Source: a virus (Duplodnaviria > Caudoviricetes). Taken from it: a stretch of DNA of 41,315 nt. Made by a program: the position numbers and the translations under genes. The stretch lies in IMG/VR virus record IMGVR_UViG_3300030433_002981, positions 1-41,315 of that record; one strand, 5' to 3'. Positions 8,481-15,991 of this stretch are shown here, piece by piece; position 1 is the first letter of the stretch; each line of letters begins with the position of its first letter. A model generated the notes under the pieces. The model was given only the letters and a program-made list of their open reading frames with translations. It was not told the origin of the DNA and did not search any database.

Positions 8481-8701
8481 TACTGTGTCCGTTGAATCCA
8501 ATAGAGTCCTTCACTGATCCGCCTTGATCTGATCTTCATGCCCAGCCTGTAGGCTGATGTCCTGATTCCTCTGACTTCCTCTTCGCTTTTCACCGTGACC
8601 GCATCGCCCACTGACATTTTCGCCAAAAGCTTTTGCCATTTGCCTGACCCTTTTGTAGGGTGTGGTGGGGCTGGGGAGTCCTTTTGAATCACATATTCCA
8701 T
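8480..8701 (-). CDS. Small putative DNA-binding regulator
   Basis: First gene of the leftward operon, AGGAG RBS; KW..L.KMSVGD...RR...WR-type basic phage protein. Confidence 0.65.
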   Translation of the reverse strand: MEYVIQKDSPAPPHPTKGSGKWQKLLAKMSVGDAVTVKSEEEVRGIRTSAYRLGMKIRSRRISEGLYWIQRTQ

Positions 8702-8783
8702 TACTTCTCCTTATGAAGCCCGCCTTTTGGCACACGGACGGGAACGTGTAGTATCGAGGGCTGGAGCCCCTCTGCCAGGCCTG

Positions 8784-8812
8784 ATATTAACCCTCCATAT
8801 TATTTAATACAA
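8784..8812 (-). promoter_or_regulatory. Leftward sigma70-like promoter
   Basis: On the minus strand: TTGTAT, 17 nt, TAATAT. Confidence 0.55.
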
Positions 8813-8830
8813 TTTTTTTTACAAAAGGTG

Positions 8831-8859
8831 TTGCACTTTTCTTTTGCCTAGGTCATTCT
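8831..8859 (+). promoter_or_regulatory. Rightward sigma70-like promoter of the recombination/Tas operon
   Basis: TTGCAC, 17 nt, CATTCT in an AT-rich divergent intergenic region. Confidence 0.55.
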
Positions 8860-8902
8860 CCGTTTCGTAGAGAGATGAGTTGAGTTAGAAAAGGAAAAGG
8901 AA

Positions 8903-9322
8903 ATGCAGGACGCTAACTGTTTGGCGCAGCAGATTGTCGGCGCAAAAAACAAAAAGGCAGAACTAGACAAGCTGATCAAAAAGCTTGAGCGAGATTTGCT
9001 CGATACCAAGTTAGTCAGTGCTCTACTGGCGACTATCCATAACGAAGGCGGCGAAACTACGGACGGTCCTTACACCGTCGAGATCCCAAGGACTCACATT
9101 TGGGATCAGTCCATGGTTGATGAAATCCTTGAGGGCATGCCCCCAAGCGAATGGCCCTCCTTTGTTACCCAGCAGACCATCTACAAAATCGATATGCGTA
9201 AGTTCAAGGACTATGCGGTCAACCATCCTAGTGAGGCTGGCCGATGGCACGCTGCGCATTCGATCAAGCTAGGTGAATCTAAAATCAAAAAAATCAACGC
9301 TGATAAATTAAAGGAGGACTAA
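8903..9322 (+). CDS. Hypothetical protein heading the recombination module
   Basis: 139 aa, AAGGA RBS, N-terminal coiled coil, coupled to the Sak4-like gene. Confidence 0.75.
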   Translation: MQDANCLAQQIVGAKNKKAELDKLIKKLERDLLDTKLVSALLATIHNEGGETTDGPYTVEIPRTHIWDQSMVDEILEGMPPSEWPSFVTQQTIYKIDMRKFKDYAVNHPSEAGRWHAAHSIKLGESKIKKINADKLKED

Positions 9323-10095
9323 TGTCTTTACTTCAGCAAATCACGAGCACCCGGCCTTCGGGTGGCCCGATACCTCCAGTGCGGATGAATATCCAGGGCA
9401 CTGACGGCATCGGCAAAAGCACCTTTGGTGCAGGGGCCATAGACCCTATCTTCATACAGGCGGAAGACGGTCTGTCTTTCATTGATGTGCCACGCTTCCC
9501 CCAGGCAAACACTTGGGGCGAGTTGCTACAGCAGATCAAGGCTTTGGTGGATGAGGAGCAGTCGTATAAGACTGTTGTGCTCGATACCACAGACGCTGCA
9601 GCTAAGCTTGGCGAAGAGTATGTCTGTGAGAAGAACGGCTGGTCATCAGCAGCTGATCCCAAAGCAGGCTACGGCGCGTTCTACGTTGCTGAAGAAAACG
9701 CTTGGGTGCATCTGTTGTCTGGGCTCAATGTTCTGCACACACAGAAAGGCATGAACGTCATTCTGCTAAGCCACGTTGCTTCCAAGGCATACAAAGATCC
9801 TGAACTGGAGCCGTATGACCGCTGGGAGATGCGCTGCAACAAGAAGGTCAACTCACTCATCAAGGACTGGGTAGACTTCAACTTGTTTGCAAACTACGAA
9901 ACGCAGTTGATCAAGGATGGCCAGAAGGCCAGAGGTGTCAGCTACGGCAACCGTGGTTTGTTCACGCAGTTCGCTGCAGCTTATGACGCTAAGTCTCGTT
10001 TGGCTTTGCCAAGCAAGCTCGAGTTTTCATGGAACGCTTTCATGGAAGCATACACCGCAGCACTCGCTGCAAACACCAACACTGAAGCCGCTTGA
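9322..10095 (+). CDS. Sak4-like AAA_24 ssDNA-annealing ATPase
   Basis: Walker A GTDGIGKST, EDG, Walker B TVVLDT, ILLSH, AKSR; next to an SSB. Confidence 0.85.
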   Translation: MSLLQQITSTRPSGGPIPPVRMNIQGTDGIGKSTFGAGAIDPIFIQAEDGLSFIDVPRFPQANTWGELLQQIKALVDEEQSYKTVVLDTTDAAAKLGEEYVCEKNGWSSAADPKAGYGAFYVAEENAWVHLLSGLNVLHTQKGMNVILLSHVASKAYKDPELEPYDRWEMRCNKKVNSLIKDWVDFNLFANYETQLIKDGQKARGVSYGNRGLFTQFAAAYDAKSRLALPSKLEFSWNAFMEAYTAALAANTNTEAA

Positions 10096-10108
10096 GAGGG
10101 GCAAAACT

Positions 10109-10594
10109 ATGGGTCTATTAGATCAAGGGATCGATGTCAGCAACATTCAAGTTGGCGGCACCGACAACACACCGTTCCCTGAAGGGGATTACACACTGGC
10201 TGCGGCGATGTACGAAGAGACAACGTCAAAGGCTGGCAACGAGATGATCAAGATCGAGTTTAACGTTGTCGGTCCTACGCATGCTGGTCGTAAGGTATGG
10301 GATTACTTCGTGCTGAATCAGCAGGTTGGTCTGTCCCGACTGAAGTCTTTCATCGGATCGACTGGCCAGGACGCATCGCACACTCTGAACACAGAGATGC
10401 TGCGAGCCGCGATGGGCAAGCAGTTTACTGCATCGATTAAGGTGGAGGCAGGCACGGGCCAGTATGCAGATAGCAACAAGATTGCCACCTATAAGAACGG
10501 CGCGGGTGCGCCACAACCACACGCTCAGACTGATCAGCCACAACAGGCACCGGCACAACCTGCCCCTGGCCTGAACACGGCAAGCTGGTCGTAG
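10109..10594 (+). CDS. DUF669-like single-stranded DNA-binding protein
   Basis: PEGDY...SKAGNEMIKIEF...GRKVWDYF pattern with a Q/P-rich tail ending in W; ATG at 10109. Confidence 0.8.
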   Translation: MGLLDQGIDVSNIQVGGTDNTPFPEGDYTLAAAMYEETTSKAGNEMIKIEFNVVGPTHAGRKVWDYFVLNQQVGLSRLKSFIGSTGQDASHTLNTEMLRAAMGKQFTASIKVEAGTGQYADSNKIATYKNGAGAPQPHAQTDQPQQAPAQPAPGLNTASWS

Positions 10595-10597
10595 CGA

Positions 10598-10690
10598 GTG
10601 CAGATAGATGACGATACGAAGAAGGGCATCATCATGGGCGTGTGCATCGCTGCATCGGTCTACGCTGCTGCCTTTCTTCTATCGTTGTGA
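10598..10690 (+). CDS. Putative 30-aa single-pass membrane peptide
   Basis: MQIDDDTKKGIIMGVCIAASVYAAAFLLSL; GTG start 3 nt after the SSB stop, no clear RBS. Confidence 0.4.
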   Translation: MQIDDDTKKGIIMGVCIAASVYAAAFLLSL

Positions 10691-10696
10691 TGAATT

Positions 10697-10846
10697 TGGC
10701 GGGGCATATCAGTCGGGTGAGTGGTGGCGTCCGACTGCTCCCAGCAAGGCTCCTACTGGCCTGCTTTAAAGAACAGATGAGATGAAGTGCGCTCCCGCCA
10801 CCCTTTCGAGGGGGGAATAGAAGGCGCCAATCTCATCAACCACCAC
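10697..10846 (+). ncRNA. Putative structured RNA (C4/CI-like antisense or leader element) with a downstream bipartite complementary site
   Basis: Closing stem TGGCGGG(10697-703)/CCCGCCA(10794-800); 10-bp hairpin 10710-737; hairpin 10743-765; loops GTGGTGG and GATGAGAT complementary to CCACCAC (10840-846) and ATCTCATC (10830-837). Confidence 0.55.
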
Positions 10847-10874
10847 ACTAACTATCATTACAAAAGGGATACTT

Positions 10875-11213
10875 ATGAACACCGAAACAAAACAAGAACT
10901 GCGCCAACAGATCGAAAGCCTGGAGAGCAGGATAGTTGAGTTGCAGGAGCAAAATCATCTGCGCCGTCCTAACACAATCGTCCTCACAAACGAGGAGGTT
11001 GCTCAGATCCTAGACCTGATTGGTAGAGCCAAAAGGGACGTTGGGGATGACATACATGAGCATGAAGTAGCTGACGATCTGAGCAGTAGTGCACAGATTG
11101 CTCTGTATCAACACGAATGTTCGTTGGAGTTGTTGTGCAAAACGATCACGAATCAGTGTGAATCTGAGTTTGCATTTAGAACTGAAACGCAGAAAGTTGA
11201 AGTAAGGATTTAG
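10875..11213 (+). CDS. Hypothetical coiled-coil protein immediately upstream of tas
   Basis: 112 aa, AAGGGA RBS, N-terminal heptad repeat. Confidence 0.75.
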   Translation: MNTETKQELRQQIESLESRIVELQEQNHLRRPNTIVLTNEEVAQILDLIGRAKRDVGDDIHEHEVADDLSSSAQIALYQHECSLELLCKTITNQCESEFAFRTETQKVEVRI

Positions 11214-11222
11214 GAGAACAAG

Positions 11223-12092
11223 GTGAAAGATCTATCAGTACAAAATGCGATGCTCAAGGCATCAGTGAACGGCTTCTACAGCATGCAGAAGACACGCATT
11301 CGGATCGGCAACAACATCGTTGCCAACTTCAAGATCAAGATCGGGCAGGAGCCTGGCAAGCCTGAAGAAACCTTGGATGCAGATGCAAAGATGCTGCTAT
11401 CTAACCTTCGTGTCAGCTACAAAAAGATCACCGATGGTGTTGCTGGCATGAACCCTCGCAAGTTCAAGGAAGATGGTTTGATCAGTGAGTACAGCGAGTT
11501 CTCTTTGGTCAAGCAGTACTTCGATCTGGTCGAGGCTGAAGAGAATGCGCTCAAGCAGATTACCTACAGCGTCAAGCAGTTCCCCATCTATCAAGCATTC
11601 CTAGAGGATGTGAAGGGTGTGGGCCCAACCATGGCTGCGGTGATCATCTCAGGCTTTGATATTCACAAGGCGCAATATGCGTCTTCTTTGTGGGCGTATG
11701 CCGGGCTTGATGTGGTTGGCGACAAGGGCAGGTCTAGGATCAAAGAGCACTTGGTTGATCAGACTTACATCGATGCTGAAGGTAAAGAGCAGACCAAGAA
11801 AGGTATCTCGTTCAATCCGTTCATGAAAACGAAGCTGATCGGCGTGCTTGGCTCGTCGTTTGTAAAGACCAACGGTAAGTACCGTGAGATCTACGACAAC
11901 TACAAGCATCGTATCACCCACATGCCTGCTCATGCTGAGAAGACCAAGGGGCACCTCAACAACATGGCGATACGCTACACGGTGAAGCGGTTCCTTGTGG
12001 ACTTGTACACCGCATGGCGCACGCTAGAGGGACTGCCGGTTGCGGATGAGTATTCCAAAGGCAAGCTTGGGATCAATCACAAGGTTGCTTGA
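11223..12092 (+). CDS. tasA: TIGR-associated (Tas) Nop-domain RNA-binding protein, nuclease-lacking (TasA-like); IS110 C-terminal domain homolog
   Basis: Coiled coil (YSMQKTRIRIGNNI) then LEDVKGVGPTMAAVII...SSLWAYAGL...FNPFMKT...HLNNMAIRYTVKRFL, the IS110/Nop fold; no N-terminal DEDD RuvC, no HNH, no IS110 'SG' serine loop; the stop codon abuts a 36-nt dual-repeat array; AGGAG RBS. Confidence 0.85.
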   Translation: MKDLSVQNAMLKASVNGFYSMQKTRIRIGNNIVANFKIKIGQEPGKPEETLDADAKMLLSNLRVSYKKITDGVAGMNPRKFKEDGLISEYSEFSLVKQYFDLVEAEENALKQITYSVKQFPIYQAFLEDVKGVGPTMAAVIISGFDIHKAQYASSLWAYAGLDVVGDKGRSRIKEHLVDQTYIDAEGKEQTKKGISFNPFMKTKLIGVLGSSFVKTNGKYREIYDNYKHRITHMPAHAEKTKGHLNNMAIRYTVKRFLVDLYTAWRTLEGLPVADEYSKGKLGINHKVA

Positions 12093-12816
12093 GCCATACC
12101 GTCTGAGAAAACCAAGATCAGTAAGCGAGCCAGACGAATGAAGAAACCCAAGGTGCAAGAGCGAGCCAAGTAATTTTAGAAAACCAGTGGCAGAAAGCGA
12201 GCCAAGCGCAGTGAGAAAACCATTAATACAGAGCGAGCCATTTCAGCGAAGACAACCAGCGAAGTCGAGCGAGCCAGAGATTTTGAGAAAATCAGCTCTC
12301 CGGAGCGAGCCAAGGATTTGTAGAAAACCAATCGAAAAAAGCGAGCCAGAGCGCGGGAGAAAACCATTTGTCGAGAGCGAGCCATTCGAATTTAGAAAAC
12401 CACCTAGATAAAGCGAGCCATAGACGCGAAGAAAACCAGGCTTACGAAGCGAGCCAGGAGTTTGTAGAAAACCATCGAAATGAAGCGAGCCAATAAGAGC
12501 AAGAAAACCAACCAAGTGGAGCGAGCCAGAGTTATAGAGAAAACCAGAGCCGAAAAGCGAGCCAGAAGGACATAGCAACCCGTCTTTACGAAGCGAGCCA
12601 CAGCGTAAAAGAAAACCAGTGACTAAGAGCGAGCCAAGTTGAAAGAGAAAACCTCAAGTCGTAAGCGAGCCATATCAGAAGAGAGAACCAAGAACCAAAA
12701 GCGCGTCATTATAGTAGAGCGGCCCAGGTCGAGTAAGCGAGCCAAGGATTTGTAGAAAACCAATCGAAAAAAGCGAGCCAATAGGGTGGAGACCCCCAAA
12801 AGGACATAGCGAATCA
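12088..12816 (+). repeat. TIGR array: 20 units of 36 nt (edge repeat AGCGAGCCA, 9-nt spacer A, loop repeat AGAAAACCA, 9-nt spacer B)
   Basis: Exact 36-nt period without indels from 12088 to the terminal edge repeat at 12808-12816; 18 of 21 edge repeats and 12 of 20 loop repeats are perfect; spacers vary except unit 7 = unit 19. Confidence 0.92.
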
Positions 12817-12827
12817 AACAAACAAGA

Positions 12828-13109
12828 GTGAAAGTTATGAAAGATGACTTTGAAATGGAAATGGAAGGCGGCAGTGAGGATCACGAGTACGCCATGGACT
12901 TGATCAGAAACTTGGTGAAGGTCAGCAAAGAAGAGCTAGACCCACGCATTCTGTTTGAAGTCATGATGGTCTATTCGCTGGGTTGGAACATGGCCCACGG
13001 CGACCATGACCTTATGACCAAGCTATTGCCAAATGTCTTGGACAGCATCAATGATGGTTCTTATGCCGATGTGGCAGAAATTATGGAGGAAGAAAGGATA
13101 TGTCACTAG
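12828..13109 (+). CDS. Hypothetical acidic protein
   Basis: 93-aa ORF directly after the array (start 12828 or 12837). Confidence 0.7.
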   Translation: MKVMKDDFEMEMEGGSEDHEYAMDLIRNLVKVSKEELDPRILFEVMMVYSLGWNMAHGDHDLMTKLLPNVLDSINDGSYADVAEIMEEERICH

Positions 13110-13258
13110 CAACAGAAGACTCATCTAAGTTCGCAGAACGTAAACGTGCCGTGCTGCGATGCATCTACAAGTCACCAGAAGACAGCTGGGCCAAGAACTA
13201 TTGGCGCAATACCTATCGAAAACTCATGGAAGAACGAAGAAAGCGCATATGGAACTAA
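13100..13258 (+). CDS. Small basic hypothetical protein (52 aa, not in the ORF track)
   Basis: MSLATEDSSKFAERKRAVLRCIYKSPEDSWAKNYWRNTYRKLMEERRKRIWN; AAGGA RBS; overlaps both neighbours. Confidence 0.6.
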   Translation: MSLATEDSSKFAERKRAVLRCIYKSPEDSWAKNYWRNTYRKLMEERRKRIWN

Positions 13259-14922
13259 GGTACTATCAGCGCGAGGCCGTTGATGCAGCGGTCCACTGGT
13301 TCAACACCCAGGACACGCATCCGCTCATCGTTCTACCGACAGGGGCTGGCAAGACAGTTGTCTTCGCCACACTGATCAAGGAGATCTTTGAGCGGGAGCC
13401 AGACTGCAGGATTCTGATCCTAGCTCACCGGCAAGAACTGGTCAGCCAGGCAGAAGATAAACTCAAGAAAGTATGGCCATGTGCGCCGTCAGGCATCCTG
13501 GCTGCGGGTTTGAATCAATACGAAGTCGATGGGCGTATCGTCATTGCCAGCCGAGATACCTTGGCTACGCCGACTAGACTCAACACCGTTGGCGACTTTG
13601 ACTATATCATCGTGGACGAGGCGCATCATGTTGCGCCAGATCCCAAGACCCGGTATCGCAAGATCTTTGATCACTTTGAATCATCTATCTGGAGGACGCC
13701 GCGCATACTGGGTGTGACCGCTACACCCTATCGTATGGGCCAGGGCTTCATATACGGCCTTGAGGAGCACTTCTTTTCAGGGGTTGCCTACCGTATAGGC
13801 ATACCTGAAATGATCCAACAGGGCTTCCTGTGCCGTCTGTCGGCCTTCAAGGTAAACGATGAGGCTGTGATCGATGCATCAACTGCGCGGGTCAAGTTCA
13901 AGGGCGGCGACTATCGCGAGTCGGACATCGAGAAGCTGGCCATGGAAGATCAAACCATGCTGGCCATCATCGATGATTGGGTAGAGAAGGCATACACCAA
14001 AGGCCGACTGAGCACAGTGTTCTTTTGTATCACGGTGGCTCATGCAGAAAAGATGTGCATGTATCTCAGGCGAGCAGGCATAGAGGCTGCAGTTGTGACC
14101 GGCGAGACTCCAAAGAGAGAACGCGAAGATATCTTGGAGCGTTTTGAAGACGGCCAGATCAACGCGCTGTGCAACGTTGCCGTGCTGACAGAGGGTTGGG
14201 ATGCGCCACGCACAGACTGTATCGCGCTGCTGCGTCCCACCAAGTCGCTAGGCTTGTACGTTCAGATTTGTGGACGAGGCATGCGCACCTGGGGTGACAA
14301 GAAAGACTGCATGCTTCTGGACTACGGCGAAAACATGGATAGGCATGGCTGCATAGACACTGCTCGTCCATCGATCCCAAGCAAAGAAGACAAAGAGAAA
14401 GAACAAGAAACCAAGATATGGATATGTGACTCGTGCTTGGGCGTCAACGATTCAGATCGTGACACATGCATTGAGTGCGGTGCCTTGAAGCCAGCGCCTA
14501 TCGAACAGCCAAAGCTATTTGAGCAAGACAAGGATGCGGCATCAACACGCATGGCTGCGAGCGGCTCTGTTTTATCTGATGAGCTTCAAGATCCCGTGCA
14601 GGTGCATGAGCGCATCAAGAACGTAGAGTGGGTTTCAGCTGAGTTAAAAACATCGAAGAATGGCAACGACTATCTCAATGTTATGTTTTTAAGTCCCGGC
14701 GACTATTGGCCACAAAACATGCCAATCATGATCGGCATGAAAGGTAAAGCTGGCACGATGGCAGAGAAAAAGTGGCGATCACTAACCAACGGCTTCCCGT
14801 GCCCAACTAACATTAATCACGCTGTTGATCTGGTGAAACATGTAAAGGTGATGAGCCACATCAAACAAATCACTGTAAGAAAAGAAGGAAGATACTGGAA
14901 TGTCGTTAGCGTCCATTTTTGA
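13249..14922 (+). CDS. Superfamily 2 DEAH helicase (RadD/YejH-like) with Zn finger
   Basis: LRYYQ Q-motif, PTGAGKT, DEAHH, TATP, LTEGWD, QICGRGMR, CxxC...CxxC; likely start MELRYYQ at 13249. Confidence 0.9.
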   Translation: MELRYYQREAVDAAVHWFNTQDTHPLIVLPTGAGKTVVFATLIKEIFEREPDCRILILAHRQELVSQAEDKLKKVWPCAPSGILAAGLNQYEVDGRIVIASRDTLATPTRLNTVGDFDYIIVDEAHHVAPDPKTRYRKIFDHFESSIWRTPRILGVTATPYRMGQGFIYGLEEHFFSGVAYRIGIPEMIQQGFLCRLSAFKVNDEAVIDASTARVKFKGGDYRESDIEKLAMEDQTMLAIIDDWVEKAYTKGRLSTVFFCITVAHAEKMCMYLRRAGIEAAVVTGETPKREREDILERFEDGQINALCNVAVLTEGWDAPRTDCIALLRPTKSLGLYVQICGRGMRTWGDKKDCMLLDYGENMDRHGCIDTARPSIPSKEDKEKEQETKIWICDSCLGVNDSDRDTCIECGALKPAPIEQPKLFEQDKDAASTRMAASGSVLSDELQDPVQVHERIKNVEWVSAELKTSKNGNDYLNVMFLSPGDYWPQNMPIMIGMKGKAGTMAEKKWRSLTNGFPCPTNINHAVDLVKHVKVMSHIKQITVRKEGRYWNVVSVHF

Positions 14923-15991
14923 TCGGATCGATGAGCAACTAGCGGAGAAAGAAAACCGCTTTCGTGGCCATCTTGGGTTCAGCGGCATTGGTGATGACGA
15001 TGAATACAAACTGTGGATGGGCTTCCGCTGGTGCTTACCGGCAAGCTTCAGCGGTAGGATGCTGCGGCTGTTTGATCTAGGCAACCGCATTGAGGACCAG
15101 GTGGTCGAGAACATTCGTAACACCGATGTTATCTCCATCGCCTCACATGACAAGGACGGCAACCAGTTTCGTGCATCGTTCTTTGGCGGGCACTTCGCAG
15201 GCTCTTGTGACGGCCTCCTCAAGGGCGTTCTGCCACCCCCTAGCGAAGAGGTGATCTTGCTGCTGGAAGTCAAGAGCGCCAACGACAAGCGGTTCAAAGA
15301 GCTCGTAAAGCTTGAAAGCTACGAAGCCTGGAGTGAAACCTATCGATGGCAGATCCATGCTTACATGGGTGCGCTTGGCCTGAACAAGTGCATGGTAGTT
15401 GTAGTCAACAAGAACGACAGCAGTGTGTACACAGAGATCATCGACTTCAATACACAGGTTTGGGAAAAGGCGCAAGCCAAGGCGCAGCGTATCATCTGCA
15501 GTGACGCACCTGACAAGAGCACGCGCATGTCAGAAAAAGACTGGCGCATGAAGAACGAGTCGGAGTTGTATCGCAACATCTACTTTGGTCGCCGCCTGCC
15601 TGAATCGGTCAACTGCAGGAACTGCAAGAACGTGAAGCCACTGACTGAATCAAACGGTGCCGTTTGGTACTGCTCACGAAGCAACAGAGCCATACCTCTT
15701 GAAGAGCAGAAACTGGGCTGCAAGGACCACCTGTGGATACCAGAGCTTGTGAATGCAAACCATCTGCCGGGCAAAAGCACAGAGGATTCTGTGGCTTATC
15801 AGGTTGGGATCATGGAGTTCTACAACTCAACGTCTGAAGTGACAGGTGAGTATCACTACAGCAGCGTAGAGATGCGTGAACTATCTAAGGCAGACTTTGA
15901 AGCGGGCTTAATGATGACCGGCGAGAGCGTGAGGCGTGAGTTTCCTGGCAGCTATCTTGAGAATGTTGACGAGCGCAAGATGCCGTTTTAG
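14900..15991 (+). CDS. Cas4-like / PD-(D/E)XK phage exonuclease
   Basis: HLGFSGIG, G...E, GSCDG, LLEVKS, QIHAYM, C-terminal NCRNC. Confidence 0.8.
   Translation: MSLASIFDRIDEQLAEKENRFRGHLGFSGIGDDDEYKLWMGFRWCLPASFSGRMLRLFDLGNRIEDQVVENIRNTDVISIASHDKDGNQFRASFFGGHFAGSCDGLLKGVLPPPSEEVILLLEVKSANDKRFKELVKLESYEAWSETYRWQIHAYMGALGLNKCMVVVVNKNDSSVYTEIIDFNTQVWEKAQAKAQRIICSDAPDKSTRMSEKDWRMKNESELYRNIYFGRRLPESVNCRNCKNVKPLTESNGAVWYCSRSNRAIPLEEQKLGCKDHLWIPELVNANHLPGKSTEDSVAYQVGIMEFYNSTSEVTGEYHYSSVEMRELSKADFEAGLMMTGESVRREFPGSYLENVDERKMPF

Noticed and set aside
10697-10800. tRNA gene (stem ending in CCA)
   Set aside because: No TTC T-loop or D-loop pattern and the arm lengths do not fit a tRNA
11223-12092. 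IS110/IS116 transposase (mobile element)
   Set aside because: No DEDD RuvC domain or catalytic SG loop, no element ends seen, and it is tied to a dual-repeat array
12088-12816. CRISPR array
   Set aside because: Two alternating 9-nt repeats with 9-nt spacers do not fit CRISPR (one repeat of roughly 23-50 nt, spacers of about 30 nt), and no cas1/cas2 or effector gene is present
12176-12884. ORFs overlapping the array (12176..12385, 12187..12411, 12243..12578, 12404..12601, 12623..12817, 12675..12884)
   Set aside because: They arise because the 36-nt period is a multiple of 3; all frames hit stops and the variable segments show no codon-like conservation
14900-15991. Cas4 as evidence of a CRISPR-Cas locus
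   Set aside because: Stand-alone Cas4-like exonucleases are routine in phage recombination modules, and no other cas genes are present
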